From positions 14,259-78,258 of the forward strand of contig JAFRJZ010000005.1 of NCBI GenBank assembly GCA_017431945.1: DNA of 64,000 bases. The letters run 5' to 3'. Numbering within the stretch: the stretch's first letter is position 1; the number at the start of each line of letters is the position of its first letter. The stretch is from Candidatus Saccharimonadota bacterium (GTDB taxonomy: Bacteria; Patescibacteriota; Saccharimonadia; Saccharimonadales; Saccharimonadaceae). The notes under the pieces are model-generated. The model made no database searches. It saw only the letters and a program-made list of their open reading frames with translations, and was not told the DNA's origin. Position numbers and translations under genes: made by a program. Positions 9,855 through 19,627 of this stretch are shown piece by piece.

Positions 9855-12428
9855 CTACTTGGTGCTTCGCGTTTTGATGATAAGACAGAGAGTCGTCAGA
9901 ACTGCGATAAAGGATACTGCGAGACCGATTTTGAGAGTTGGATCTGAATATTTAAATTCAATAATATTCTCTCCGGTAGAAAGCGGAATCGCCATAAGAC
10001 AGTTGCCGATCAGCTGGGGAGTGGTCTTTTCGCCATTTACGGTTATATTCCAGTTTTTGTGATAAGGGATTGAGGTAAATAAGGTATCATGATGATCTTT
10101 GCTAACCTTTATAGCTACATGTTTGTTGGTAAAAGTTTGTAACTCAGCTGAGTGACTTTGGGTTTTGGTAGCGAAATCTTTGAGTGCGTCTAAATTTAAA
10201 GCGTAGAATTGTTCCGAAATCGCATCGGCGTGTTGCCTGTTGGCGGAAGAAACCTTAATAGAGCTAGAAGAAGCATCTTTTTGATTTGGCATATAAAACA
10301 CCGATGGAGCTAACCAACGATTATAACCAAGAGTGTGGCCGTCTTCAAATTGAAGTTCTACTGATTCACTGCCACCAACCCAAGTAAGGTTACCATATAG
10401 TAGATAGTTTTTGAAGTCTTCAGGAGCGGACACTTCGTATTCAGTGTAATCATTGTGGGCGGATTTTTTGAAATTAACCTGAGAAAATAGGCTGAGTTCT
10501 TTGCCGGCCAGACCGCTATATATATTATTAATGGTCGTAAATGGGTTGTTTCTATCAACTTGAATGTCTTGGTATTGATAATCAAAAGCGATTGGCAAAT
10601 AATATGGATTGTAATAGGTTTTGCGGTCGCCGTAATCTTTATTAAGTGGTTGTAAACCGTTTATGTCGTATTCAGACATAATATATTTTACCCCGAGTAG
10701 CGAGTCGGTAGCGAGGATTGAATTATTAGTGATATTAAAATTGTCGCCGTTTCTACGATAGCCAACATCATTTAAGAAGGTGAGCTGGCGAATGTCTGGA
10801 CTAGAAGTGTAACCAGAAACCGACATATAGTTTTGAGCAAGACTCTCGTTATAATTGGCGATGAGGCCGTTTTCTGTCATATATTCGGTGGAGGTTTGAG
10901 AAATTCTGTAAAGGCTAGAGTCGCTGTTTTTGATGTCTTGAATCTGGTTGGTAATACTACTTGTGTAGTTTTTATATTCATTAACGCCCAGGAAGAGATG
11001 GTTTTTGGTAATAATAAAGGCGTTAAAAGTGAGTTCTGCGGTGGTCGCGATAATAAGAATGATGGCTAAAATTAGGCGTTGTTTGACCTGGTTTTTGATG
11101 ATATTTCTGTAATAAAAAGTTAGAATCACCGAGATGATAATAATATCGGCGACAAATAAATAAGTGAGGTTTAGATTTACGGGGTGGACAAATTGTAAAA
11201 TAATTTGGATTAGAGCTATAACTAGGCCGGCCTTGAACCAAATTAGGTAATCTTTGGGTTTTGAAACTTGGCCTCTGAGAGAAACAAAGGCGGTAGCACC
11301 CAAAAATACCAGAGTAAACGACCCGATATATGCGAAACGAGTATAATAAGAGCTGGCATCTTTGAGGAGCGAAAAGAGGAAAAATAGTGGCCCCCAACAA
11401 AGGATTAAATAAATGACGCAAAGAGAGGCTATGGTGATGATTTTTTGTCTTTTAGAAAATCTATGTCTACCAATAAAGATCGAAATGATACCAAGAAGAC
11501 TGATACTACCACAGAAAAGAGATACTTCGGTTTGCGTATCAGTGGCGCCAAGGCGTAAGTTTTGAATCATTGCTGGTGCTTCGCTTCTAAAACCGAGCTT
11601 TAAATATTCAAAATCTATGCCACCACGACTGCCGCCGCTTAGTGCCGACAAAGTGGGCAGTAATATCGCTGTACTCATAGCGACGCCTAAGATAGCGGAG
11701 ATAATAAATTTAAATAGATACTGCCAAATTTCTTTGAGTTTTTTCTGTGATAATGCATATTCTAAAACAAACCAAAAACCGATAAATACACAGTCAATTA
11801 GCCCACTATACCAGTTGAAAATGATAGCTAGGGCGATTGAGAGGGGTAAGATAAGATTAAACCGGTTCTTTGAGATTAATTTGTAGGTCCCTAGCGCCAT
11901 AATCGGTAACATGTAGACGCCGTCTAGCCACATAATGTTGCAGTTTTTGGTAATAACATAGGCGCACAGCGCGTAACCTAAGGACAACGCAATCAGGAGT
12001 GGAGTGTGGAGTTTTTTAGAAAAGCGGTTATTTAGAAAAATCGCGCAAGTGACAGCCGCTAGAGAAATCTTAATAGCGATAAGAATATCAATAAAAGAGT
12101 GGAGGTCGGTTTTGTCAAAAAATACAACAAGTAGGCTGAGGGGTGACGACAGATAATAGGAAAAAACCGCAAAAGCATTATCGCCAAGTGTTTTGTCAAA
12201 AGTATAGGTAATATCGTTTTGGCCGGCTAAGACATCTTTAAAATAGGAGAAAAAATCAATGTATTGGATATAGGCGTCATTGACAGCCAGGCTGCGGTCA
12301 TTACCAAACGGTGCACAGTGAAGTACAAAAAGTACCGATAAAAAGGCAAGGAATGTGATAATAAAAATAAGCAAATAAAGGAAAGCTGGTTTATGGAAAT
12401 ATTTGAAGGTGTTTTTGAATTTGCTCAT
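9855..12428 (-). CDS. YfhO-family polytopic membrane glycosyltransferase
   Basis: 857 aa with more than 10 TM helices in the first ~480 aa, a large extracytoplasmic C-terminal domain and a terminal TM. The size and topology fit YfhO. It lies immediately downstream of a CsbB-like GT2, the known partner arrangement. Confidence 0.7.
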   Translation of the reverse strand: MSKFKNTFKYFHKPAFLYLLIFIITFLAFLSVLFVLHCAPFGNDRSLAVNDAYIQYIDFFSYFKDVLAGQNDITYTFDKTLGDNAFAVFSYYLSSPLSLLVVFFDKTDLHSFIDILIAIKISLAAVTCAIFLNNRFSKKLHTPLLIALSLGYALCAYVITKNCNIMWLDGVYMLPIMALGTYKLISKNRFNLILPLSIALAIIFNWYSGLIDCVFIGFWFVLEYALSQKKLKEIWQYLFKFIISAILGVAMSTAILLPTLSALSGGSRGGIDFEYLKLGFRSEAPAMIQNLRLGATDTQTEVSLFCGSISLLGIISIFIGRHRFSKRQKIITIASLCVIYLILCWGPLFFLFSLLKDASSYYTRFAYIGSFTLVFLGATAFVSLRGQVSKPKDYLIWFKAGLVIALIQIILQFVHPVNLNLTYLFVADIIIISVILTFYYRNIIKNQVKQRLILAIILIIATTAELTFNAFIITKNHLFLGVNEYKNYTSSITNQIQDIKNSDSSLYRISQTSTEYMTENGLIANYNESLAQNYMSVSGYTSSPDIRQLTFLNDVGYRRNGDNFNITNNSILATDSLLGVKYIMSEYDINGLQPLNKDYGDRKTYYNPYYLPIAFDYQYQDIQVDRNNPFTTINNIYSGLAGKELSLFSQVNFKKSAHNDYTEYEVSAPEDFKNYLLYGNLTWVGGSESVELQFEDGHTLGYNRWLAPSVFYMPNQKDASSSSIKVSSANRQHADAISEQFYALNLDALKDFATKTQSHSAELQTFTNKHVAIKVSKDHHDTLFTSIPYHKNWNITVNGEKTTPQLIGNCLMAIPLSTGENIIEFKYSDPTLKIGLAVSFIAVLTTLCLIIKTRSTK

Positions 12429-12429
12429 A

Positions 12430-13407
12430 TTATTTATCTTTGAGGTTACGGGATTGCTTCTTGTTGATAATATATAGTGGGCGACCTTGAGCTTCGGCGT
12501 GAATGTGCGATATGTAAAGCGCGATGGTGGCTTGTGATACCAAAATTAGACCGACCAAAAAGGTGATAAAGATAGACATTTGAACGGCACCATTCCAATA
12601 AAGATGTAGCGGATCGCCAAGTATGTACTGTTGGATGATAACAAACAAGCCAAGTAAAAATGAGCCTAACATGATGAAAGCCCCGACATACGCCAGAATA
12701 ACTAGTGGAGTGGTAGATAATGAAATAAAACTATTGATAGCAAGGTGGAGTAGTTTTTTGAAATCAAAAGATGATTTACCGGCAATACGATCGTCATATT
12801 TGTATTCAACGATGGCCTGTTCAAAACCTAGCCAATCTATTAGCCCTCTGGTTATGCGGTTATGTTCTGATAATTTGTTGTATTCGCTTACAACATTGCG
12901 GTCTAATAATCTGAAGTCAGTAGAGCCAGGAATTGTGTTTTTGTAGCCCATTTTGTTTAATAATTTATAAAATAGTTTTGAACCTAGACGCGGAATTAGG
13001 CCATGACCTTTATTATAATCGGTGCGAATGCCGGTAACTATATCGGCACCATTTTCCCAGGCTTTGATAAAATCGTGAATGTATTTGGCGGGTTGTTGAC
13101 CGTCTGAATCTATCATAATTACTGCTTCGCCAGTAGCGTGGGCGATGCCAGCAGATAGAGCAACCTCTTTGCCAAAATTACGTGAAAAAGCGATAATCCT
13201 GAAATTTTTATCTGTGGATGCATAGCCTTGGATGATTTCCAAAGTGTTATCCGATGAGCCATCGTCAATGAGAATAATTTCTTTGGTGTATTTGGAAATT
13301 TTACTGAGTTCTGGTAAAAAATGATTGTCTAAAAAGTCTTTAATAGCTTCTTGCTCATTAAAAACTGGAATAACAAAAGATATTTGAGTTGATCTCACCT
13401 TAACCAT
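12430..13407 (-). CDS. Polyprenyl-phosphate glycosyltransferase (GT2; CsbB/GtrB/ArnC-like)
   Basis: ISFVIPVFNEQEAI...LIDDGSSDNT...IDSDGQ, plus two C-terminal TM helices. This is the GtrB/CsbB architecture. Confidence 0.8.
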   Translation of the reverse strand: MVKVRSTQISFVIPVFNEQEAIKDFLDNHFLPELSKISKYTKEIILIDDGSSDNTLEIIQGYASTDKNFRIIAFSRNFGKEVALSAGIAHATGEAVIMIDSDGQQPAKYIHDFIKAWENGADIVTGIRTDYNKGHGLIPRLGSKLFYKLLNKMGYKNTIPGSTDFRLLDRNVVSEYNKLSEHNRITRGLIDWLGFEQAIVEYKYDDRIAGKSSFDFKKLLHLAINSFISLSTTPLVILAYVGAFIMLGSFLLGLFVIIQQYILGDPLHLYWNGAVQMSIFITFLVGLILVSQATIALYISHIHAEAQGRPLYIINKKQSRNLKDK

Positions 13408-13452
13408 ATAATTATAATAAACGATTATTCGGTTATTGTCAAATTGAGGTGG

Positions 13453-15642
13453 CTACAATCGCCATTTTTGGGCATTGGTATTATTGGCGGTATAAAGCTG
13501 GATATTGGTGCCATCCGTGGTGTTACCACCAGTAACATCAATAGCCAAACCAGAGCAAGCGGAGAAGAAAGTGTAGGTATTATCAGAATTCTTGATAACA
13601 CGCCATTTTTGAGCGCAAGTGTTGTTAGAGTTGTAAAGCTGAATATTGGTACTATTAGTAACGCCGGCATCTGCAACATCTATAACTTTGTTGCTAGGAA
13701 CATTGGTGATAGTGTAATAACCGTCCGAATAAGTAAATTTCCAGTTTTGTTTGTTAGACCTAGTTAAGTCGCTTAATTGGATGTTGGTTCTATTGTTGGC
13801 TTCGTTGATATCACCAGATATATCAATTACTTTGTTATTATCTAGGCTGGAGTTAATGCGATGTGTACCATCAGAAATAGTTTGCATAGAATTGAGTGAC
13901 CATTTTTGAGCATTGGAACCGTTGAAACTCCAAATTTTGATATTGGTGCCGTTGTTGGTTTTGGCATTATTAACATCTAGAGCAAGGCCAGAACAGGCAG
14001 AATATAGACTGAAAGAACTGTCGGAATTCTGGGTAATTTGCCATTTTTGGGCGCAAGTGTTATTGGAACCGTAGAGCTGAACATTAGCGCCTGGTGAGGT
14101 TTTACCGTCAGCGACATCAAGAACTTTGCCAGTAGCGGGATTAGTGATTGTATAATAACCATCGCTGGTATTATAAGTAACTTTCCAGGTTTGTGCTAGG
14201 GTGTGATTAACCTTGTAAAGTTGAATGTTGGTTTTATTATTAGCGGTCTTAACGCCACCAGCAATATCAATTGTAGTATTATTTGATAATTTAGAAGTGA
14301 TATTATAAACGCCGTCTGTTGCAGTACGGATGGGTTTTAATTGCCATTTTTGAGCTTTGGTATTATTGGAACTGTAAAGTTGGACATTAGTACTGTTATC
14401 AGTCTTACCACCAGCAACATCAATAGTCAAACCAGAACAAGCAGAGAAGAAGGTGTAAGTGTTGTCAGTATTCTTAGTGGCATACCATTTTTGGGCGCAA
14501 GTGTTATTGGGGGTGAAAAGTTGAATGTTGGTACCATTAGTAGTATTAGCGCCATAAACATCCAGAACTTTGCCAGTGGTAGGATTTTTAATGGTATAAG
14601 TATTATCGTTATTTTTGATAAATTGCCACCTTTGGGCGTTGGTATCGTTGGCGGTGTAAATTTGGATATTGGTTTGGTCATTGGCAGTATCGGTGCCACC
14701 AGCAATATCTAGCGCGATATTATTAGAAAGAGCCGAGGTAATGCTATAAGTGCCTTCTGGAATAGTGACATTGGTGTTGGGCGAATTGGTACGGGTGTCG
14801 CCGAACCAGTCGGTGAAGAAATCGTAAAAGTTGCGGTTGCCATAAGAGTAGCAACTGTATTCTTGACCGTTAACCCAGTAAGTACCAGAGCCGCCGGGCT
14901 GGTAAGGAGTGTAACGGTAGAGAGCGGCGGTAGCACGGTTCTCAATATAAACATTAGTGCCACCACAAGAGGCACCCGGACTGTATTGGACGTAGCTAGC
15001 ACGACCAGAGTGGTAAGGGTTGTAATCATCGTTTAAAACGTCACGGAAGAGATCGGCGGCGTTGCGGATTTGGTTTTCAAGGCCGTAATATTCAGAATCG
15101 CAAGGCCTGGTATCGGGACAACCATAACCAGTAGCGGAACGGTATTGATAGTTAGTGTTGGGCCATTGGTCGGTAATGAGTGATTGTTCTTTTTGAAGCA
15201 AAACTAGGAGGACTTGAGGGTTGATATGATAATCTTGGGCGGCACGATAGATGATATGAGCGGCGGTTTTACCATTAAAACGCTCGTTGCCAAGGCAGAT
15301 ATATTTACCGCCATTAGCATGATAGTGATAATACTTATCACCGTAAGTGGCACCGTAATTAAAAGTGACGCCATAGTCATTACCAGCGCCAATATAGCCA
15401 CCGCCAGAAACGCCTTTATTGCAAGAATTCTTGGAGTTAAGGAAAGATTGAATCTGTGATTCGTTCATGGTATTATAATTGCCCATAACATAGTCGCTCA
15501 TAATATTGCCTGGGCGAAAGCCAGCCGTAGTGGCATCAGTGGTATTCATATTTTTAGCTAACAAAAAACTTAGCGTGCCAACAAAAGCAAAAGTAAAGCA
15601 AGCTAAGAGGATCTGTTTGGTGGTGAAATGAGGAGTTTTCAT
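13453..15642 (-). CDS. Secreted protein: N-terminal possible cell-wall hydrolase-like domain plus three ricin-B (beta-trefoil) lectin domains
   Basis: There is a signal/anchor sequence (FTFAFVGTLSFLLA). Nine QxW motifs occur in three groups of three (AQRW, AQKW, AQKW / AQTW, AQKW, AQKW / KQNW, AQKW, AQKW). The call for the N-terminal ~290 aa (INPQVLLVLLQKEQS...) is tentative. Confidence 0.75.
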   Translation of the reverse strand: MKTPHFTTKQILLACFTFAFVGTLSFLLAKNMNTTDATTAGFRPGNIMSDYVMGNYNTMNESQIQSFLNSKNSCNKGVSGGGYIGAGNDYGVTFNYGATYGDKYYHYHANGGKYICLGNERFNGKTAAHIIYRAAQDYHINPQVLLVLLQKEQSLITDQWPNTNYQYRSATGYGCPDTRPCDSEYYGLENQIRNAADLFRDVLNDDYNPYHSGRASYVQYSPGASCGGTNVYIENRATAALYRYTPYQPGGSGTYWVNGQEYSCYSYGNRNFYDFFTDWFGDTRTNSPNTNVTIPEGTYSITSALSNNIALDIAGGTDTANDQTNIQIYTANDTNAQRWQFIKNNDNTYTIKNPTTGKVLDVYGANTTNGTNIQLFTPNNTCAQKWYATKNTDNTYTFFSACSGLTIDVAGGKTDNSTNVQLYSSNNTKAQKWQLKPIRTATDGVYNITSKLSNNTTIDIAGGVKTANNKTNIQLYKVNHTLAQTWKVTYNTSDGYYTITNPATGKVLDVADGKTSPGANVQLYGSNNTCAQKWQITQNSDSSFSLYSACSGLALDVNNAKTNNGTNIKIWSFNGSNAQKWSLNSMQTISDGTHRINSSLDNNKVIDISGDINEANNRTNIQLSDLTRSNKQNWKFTYSDGYYTITNVPSNKVIDVADAGVTNSTNIQLYNSNNTCAQKWRVIKNSDNTYTFFSACSGLAIDVTGGNTTDGTNIQLYTANNTNAQKWRL

Positions 15643-16181
15643 AGGTTAACCTCTCCTGTAATTATACCAGTTCTATCGCTAGAGGTCAACTTAATGTTTA
15701 TGTTCCAGGTGCCACCACTGAGTTCGCTGAGTGGTATATCAAAACCGTCGCAAGTGGAAGAAGAGGGATTGGCGAGGATGTCGGCAGTGCGAGAGACGGT
15801 TCTGCTACCTTGTGTTAAAGTGAGCTCACAAGTACCAGAAGAGAGGTATTGATCAATAGTAGTACTGATAATGAGGTTATTGTCGGCGGGGCCAGCGTAA
15901 GTAATGACACCGCTGAGGTAATCAAGAGTATTGACGTCGGGACCTTCATATTGTTTAGGAGTCTTATCATTAGGATCATCAGTATTGTTGGTGGTGATTT
16001 CAGTAGTGGTTTGCTCGGTAGTTTCGGTAGTTCCCTTGGGTTCGTTGTTGACATTATTTTGACTGATAGAAGCGAGGATTTTGGCGGTGATAAGGGCAAC
16101 GACGGCCATCAAGAGAATTAGACCAATAATTAGGGCTGGTTTGCGTTTAAAGGATGGTAGTTTTTTTGTTTGTTTTTTCAT
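15639..16181 (-). CDS. Membrane-anchored hypothetical protein
   Basis: 180 aa with an N-terminal TM (ALIIGLILLMAVVALITA) and a Thr/Asn-rich linker. 4-nt overlap with the downstream lectin gene. No family recognised. Confidence 0.5.
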   Translation of the reverse strand: MKKQTKKLPSFKRKPALIIGLILLMAVVALITAKILASISQNNVNNEPKGTTETTEQTTTEITTNNTDDPNDKTPKQYEGPDVNTLDYLSGVITYAGPADNNLIISTTIDQYLSSGTCELTLTQGSRTVSRTADILANPSSSTCDGFDIPLSELSGGTWNINIKLTSSDRTGIITGEVNL

Positions 16182-16211
16182 ACGATACTCCTACTCTATA
16201 TTATATCATAA

Positions 16212-17807
16212 TTAATTATTTTCATTACCTAAAATAATTATAAAGTCGAAGCCGTCGGCTTGGACGGGTTCGGGAAGTTGGTCGGCAGTTTGAACTTGGA
16301 CACCATAACGCTGAGCGAGAGCGTCTTTGGTACCATTCTTTTCACTGTTAAGAATATATATCATAACGCCACTATATTTATTGTCAGCGTTGCCGGCGTA
16401 GCCAACTTTATAGCCGTCGTTTTCTAGCTTACTCTTTTCGGCCTCAGCGACGCCTGGCTGACTAGAACCGTTGAGCACCATGATATTGGCACCTTCACGC
16501 ACCGCTGGATTATTACTAAACATTTGTTTAATATAAGTATGGATATCGGTATAATTATTAACACCGGCGGCTGGTACTACAAATGAGACTCCACCGATAG
16601 TTGCAGTGGTAACATATTTGATATCCTTTTCTTGGTCAGATAATGGTACTTGACGGATGGCATTAAAGTCAATGTCTTTGAGCAAGTTGGCGGCAGTTTT
16701 AATCTCGTCAATATTAAAATCAGTGCGAAGATTATCGCCCAAAGCATTGACTAAGTTAATAATCTCAGTAACACCTAAGTCTTTATCTTTGATCTTTTGA
16801 GCGATGGCGGAGAGGATTTTTTGTTGGCTATTACCACGCGTAAAATCACCGCCAGAAGTACCATGACGCGCCCGAGCTAAGCCGAGAGCTTGTTCACCGT
16901 TTAAAGTAACTGGTTCACCAGCGTTGATAAAAGTATTAGTCCAATAATCGTTGATATCTTCATCAAGAGTGACTGTGATACCACCGATAGAATCAACTAT
17001 TTGAATTAGTGAACCCCAGTCTACATGGGCGTAATATTGAATATCGATACCAAGGACATCTTCAACGGTTTTTTGGAGAGCCTCTGCGCCGGCTTTTTCA
17101 TTGTCGCCGTTTTGATTATTACACCAATAAACTTCATTAATTTTACCGGCTGAGCAAGCATCGGCTACCTTTAAATCACGCGGGATGTTGACCATGGCGA
17201 CATCTTTGGTTTCTTGGTTGAGACTAATTACCATGATTGAATCGGTAAGCTGAGCACCATCGTGGACACCATTGCCCTCGTCACCTTCCATATTATAACC
17301 GCTAGTACCAAAGGCTAAGATATTAGTACGGCCATCGGCATCAGTCTTGAGCGGTACATCACTCCAAAGGGTACCAATAGCATCAAAGACATTTGAATTA
17401 CCACCGGTGAGCTTGGAAATAATCGCGTTACCCCAGATTAAAAATGCTAAAAGTAGAGCGGCAAGTACCGAAGCAATAATAGTTAAAACTTTGCGTTTTT
17501 TGGACCATTTTTTGCGCGGTTTTTTGCCCTTTTTGCCAGATTTTTTGATATCGTCCTCGGTGAAGTCAAAATCAAAAGCTTCAACTGGTTTCAAAAAATC
17601 GTCGGTGGCAGATTTGCGTTTTTTGGCGTTATCCTTAGCCATTTTTTCTACGGCGTCGGCGTCGATGCGCTTAGTTTGAACTGGAATGGTGGTTGGTTTG
17701 GCTGATTTAACTGGTTTTTTGACGGTTTTTCGGTGCAAAGAGTCAGCACTCGTCACCCGATTGCTGCGCGTCACCAACCCGTCAATTGATTTTTTCTGAT
17801 TATTCAT
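16212..17807 (-). CDS. LytR-CpsA-Psr (LCP) family glycopolymer-peptidoglycan ligase
   Basis: Basic N-terminus and one TM, then NILAFGTSG...DSIMVISLNQETKDVAMVNIPRDL...RARH, typical LCP blocks. There is a C-terminal LytR_C-like domain. Confidence 0.8.
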   Translation of the reverse strand: MNNQKKSIDGLVTRSNRVTSADSLHRKTVKKPVKSAKPTTIPVQTKRIDADAVEKMAKDNAKKRKSATDDFLKPVEAFDFDFTEDDIKKSGKKGKKPRKKWSKKRKVLTIIASVLAALLLAFLIWGNAIISKLTGGNSNVFDAIGTLWSDVPLKTDADGRTNILAFGTSGYNMEGDEGNGVHDGAQLTDSIMVISLNQETKDVAMVNIPRDLKVADACSAGKINEVYWCNNQNGDNEKAGAEALQKTVEDVLGIDIQYYAHVDWGSLIQIVDSIGGITVTLDEDINDYWTNTFINAGEPVTLNGEQALGLARARHGTSGGDFTRGNSQQKILSAIAQKIKDKDLGVTEIINLVNALGDNLRTDFNIDEIKTAANLLKDIDFNAIRQVPLSDQEKDIKYVTTATIGGVSFVVPAAGVNNYTDIHTYIKQMFSNNPAVREGANIMVLNGSSQPGVAEAEKSKLENDGYKVGYAGNADNKYSGVMIYILNSEKNGTKDALAQRYGVQVQTADQLPEPVQADGFDFIIILGNENN

Positions 17808-17827
17808 TTATTATATTATTATAGCAT

Positions 17828-18169
17828 ATGAGTATTAAATTAACCAAAAAGCAAACGCTAATTTTAGACTTTATTAATGATTTTACCGATGCGCATGGGT
17901 TTTCACCATCGTATCGAGAGATTATGAATGGATTAGGATTATCATCGGTGTCGTCGGTGGCAGAGCATGTTGATAATTTGGTAATGAAGGGGGCTTTGAA
18001 GAAGGTGCCGGGGACAGCGAGATCCTTAGAAGTAATAGACCTTAGTTTTCCGGAGACCACTACGCTTTTTAAAGCCAAGCTTAATACTGCCACAGAAGAA
18101 GAAACTGAAATACTAATGAAAGCAGCGAAAATTTTAGATTTAAACTTAGGCGATTTTGGAAATGATTAA
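17828..18169 (+). CDS. LexA N-terminal (winged-helix) DNA-binding domain protein lacking the S24 peptidase domain
   Basis: LTKKQTLILDFINDFTDAHGFSPSYREIMNGLGLSSVSSVAEHVDNLVMKGALK resembles the LexA DNA-binding domain. At 113 aa it has no Ser-Lys protease module. Confidence 0.6.
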   Translation: MSIKLTKKQTLILDFINDFTDAHGFSPSYREIMNGLGLSSVSSVAEHVDNLVMKGALKKVPGTARSLEVIDLSFPETTTLFKAKLNTATEEETEILMKAAKILDLNLGDFGND

Positions 18170-18604
18170 TTTGCGTTCTTTACCTTCACCTTCGGAGTGG
18201 GTGGAGATGTCCGAGTAGTCCTGGGCGACTTTGTGGACGATGCGGCGGTCGGCGGGATTGAGGTCGAGAGTCATAGATTCGCCAGTACTTCTAACTTTAT
18301 TAATCCAATCTTCGGCGCGTTCAGCAATACGGTCTGCACGCTGGCGCTTGTAGTCGGCAATATCAACACTGACGCGAGTGATTTCGGCAGATTTAGCGGT
18401 AAGAGCGTTGGACACGATATATTGTAAAGCCCGTAAATTGTCGGCATTTCTACCGATTAATAATGAATTCATAGAGGTGGAAGGTACCGAAAGTTGGATA
18501 ACTTCGTCTTCTACCGTAGAATATACTGCAACATTGATGCCGAAGAATGATAATAAATCTTCGGTAAATTTAGTTGCAAAACGAATTGATTCGTCTTTGT
18601 CCAT
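18146..18604 (-). CDS. jag: Jag/KhpB-like RNA-binding protein (KH + R3H)
   Basis: 152 aa. It has a C-terminal R3H-like DLNPADRRIVHKV motif and the conserved position downstream of yidC. Confidence 0.75.
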   Translation of the reverse strand: MDKDESIRFATKFTEDLLSFFGINVAVYSTVEDEVIQLSVPSTSMNSLLIGRNADNLRALQYIVSNALTAKSAEITRVSVDIADYKRQRADRIAERAEDWINKVRSTGESMTLDLNPADRRIVHKVAQDYSDISTHSEGEGKERKLIISKIA

Positions 18605-18606
18605 AA

Positions 18607-19605
18607 TTATTTTCTCCTTTTCTTATTATCTTTAGCGGAAATACGGGTGATTTTTGTGCCGGTTTTTTTGTTTTCAATAACCTGAGCTTCTTTGATTTTT
18701 TGGACCTTGGTAGCGGTCTTTTCGCCAGCGATGGCTTCGAGCTCAGTTTCATCTTTTTTAAAGATAAACTTTTGTTGAAAAGCGTTAACGATATTGATTA
18801 AGAGATAGTAAAAGACCAGGGCGCCAGGGAGTGGAATCATAATGAAAAGCATCATGATAGGCATAATTTTAGTCATTTGGCCGGTCATAGCGGAATTGAG
18901 CTCGGACTGGTCGGGTTCTTTGCCTTCGGCGGCCTCTTTCATCATCTGGCGGATGGTTTTCTTCTTTTTATCCTTACTAGAAGGCATCTGCTGGCGCATC
19001 ACGAGCGTCTGGATGGCTGCAGCGGAGAGAGCAAAAATGAGGACGATAAAGGCACTGACCGAGATATTGCTAGAAAAGATGTCGGTAGCACGAGCATCAA
19101 GATTGACCAAGCCAAAGAGTTGGGGGTGAAAATCGTAAGAGTTGGTGGCGGTATCGGCGAGGTAAGCTTGTTGCTTGGCAATAACATCAGCAGTGTTAGA
19201 AATTTGGGCAAAAGGATAGGCGCGAATTTCAAGGTTGTCGGTAGGGGTAGGCATAACCATGACGCGGATAGCGGTGTAGATGGCAATAAAGATAGGAAGT
19301 TGAATTAAAAGAGTAAGAATGGAGCGAAAAGGTTTAACATTGTGGCGCTTGTAGAGGTCCATAGTTTGGATGGACTCCATTTGGCGGTTCCCTTTGCAAT
19401 TTTTCTTGATCTTGGCGAGTTCGGGCTGGAGACTGCGCATAAGTTTGGTCTGGTGAAACTGGCGTTTCATTAAGGGCCACATACAGAGACGAACTAGAAG
19501 CGTGAAAAGAATGATAGCCAAGCCAAAATCACCGACAAAATTGTAGATGATAAAGAGGATGTTCGCAATCGGGCGAACGATAATTATATCGATGAATTCA
19601 AACAT
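18607..19605 (-). CDS. yidC: Membrane protein insertase YidC
   Basis: 332 aa. WPLMKRQ...QPELAKIKK...MMEAA blocks, multiple TM helices and a basic C-terminal tail. Synteny is rpmH-rnpA-yidC-jag. Confidence 0.85.
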   Translation of the reverse strand: MFEFIDIIIVRPIANILFIIYNFVGDFGLAIILFTLLVRLCMWPLMKRQFHQTKLMRSLQPELAKIKKNCKGNRQMESIQTMDLYKRHNVKPFRSILTLLIQLPIFIAIYTAIRVMVMPTPTDNLEIRAYPFAQISNTADVIAKQQAYLADTATNSYDFHPQLFGLVNLDARATDIFSSNISVSAFIVLIFALSAAAIQTLVMRQQMPSSKDKKKKTIRQMMKEAAEGKEPDQSELNSAMTGQMTKIMPIMMLFIMIPLPGALVFYYLLINIVNAFQQKFIFKKDETELEAIAGEKTATKVQKIKEAQVIENKKTGTKITRISAKDNKKRRK

Positions 19606-19627
19606 ACTCTATATATTATATCACAAA

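Noticed and set aside
13444-15459. Numerous ORFs of 60-120 aa on both strands inside the ricin-lectin gene.
   Set aside because: They arise from the internal DNA repeats of the lectin domains. All are out of frame or antisense to the 729-aa ORF, which has the signal peptide and the QxW periodicity.
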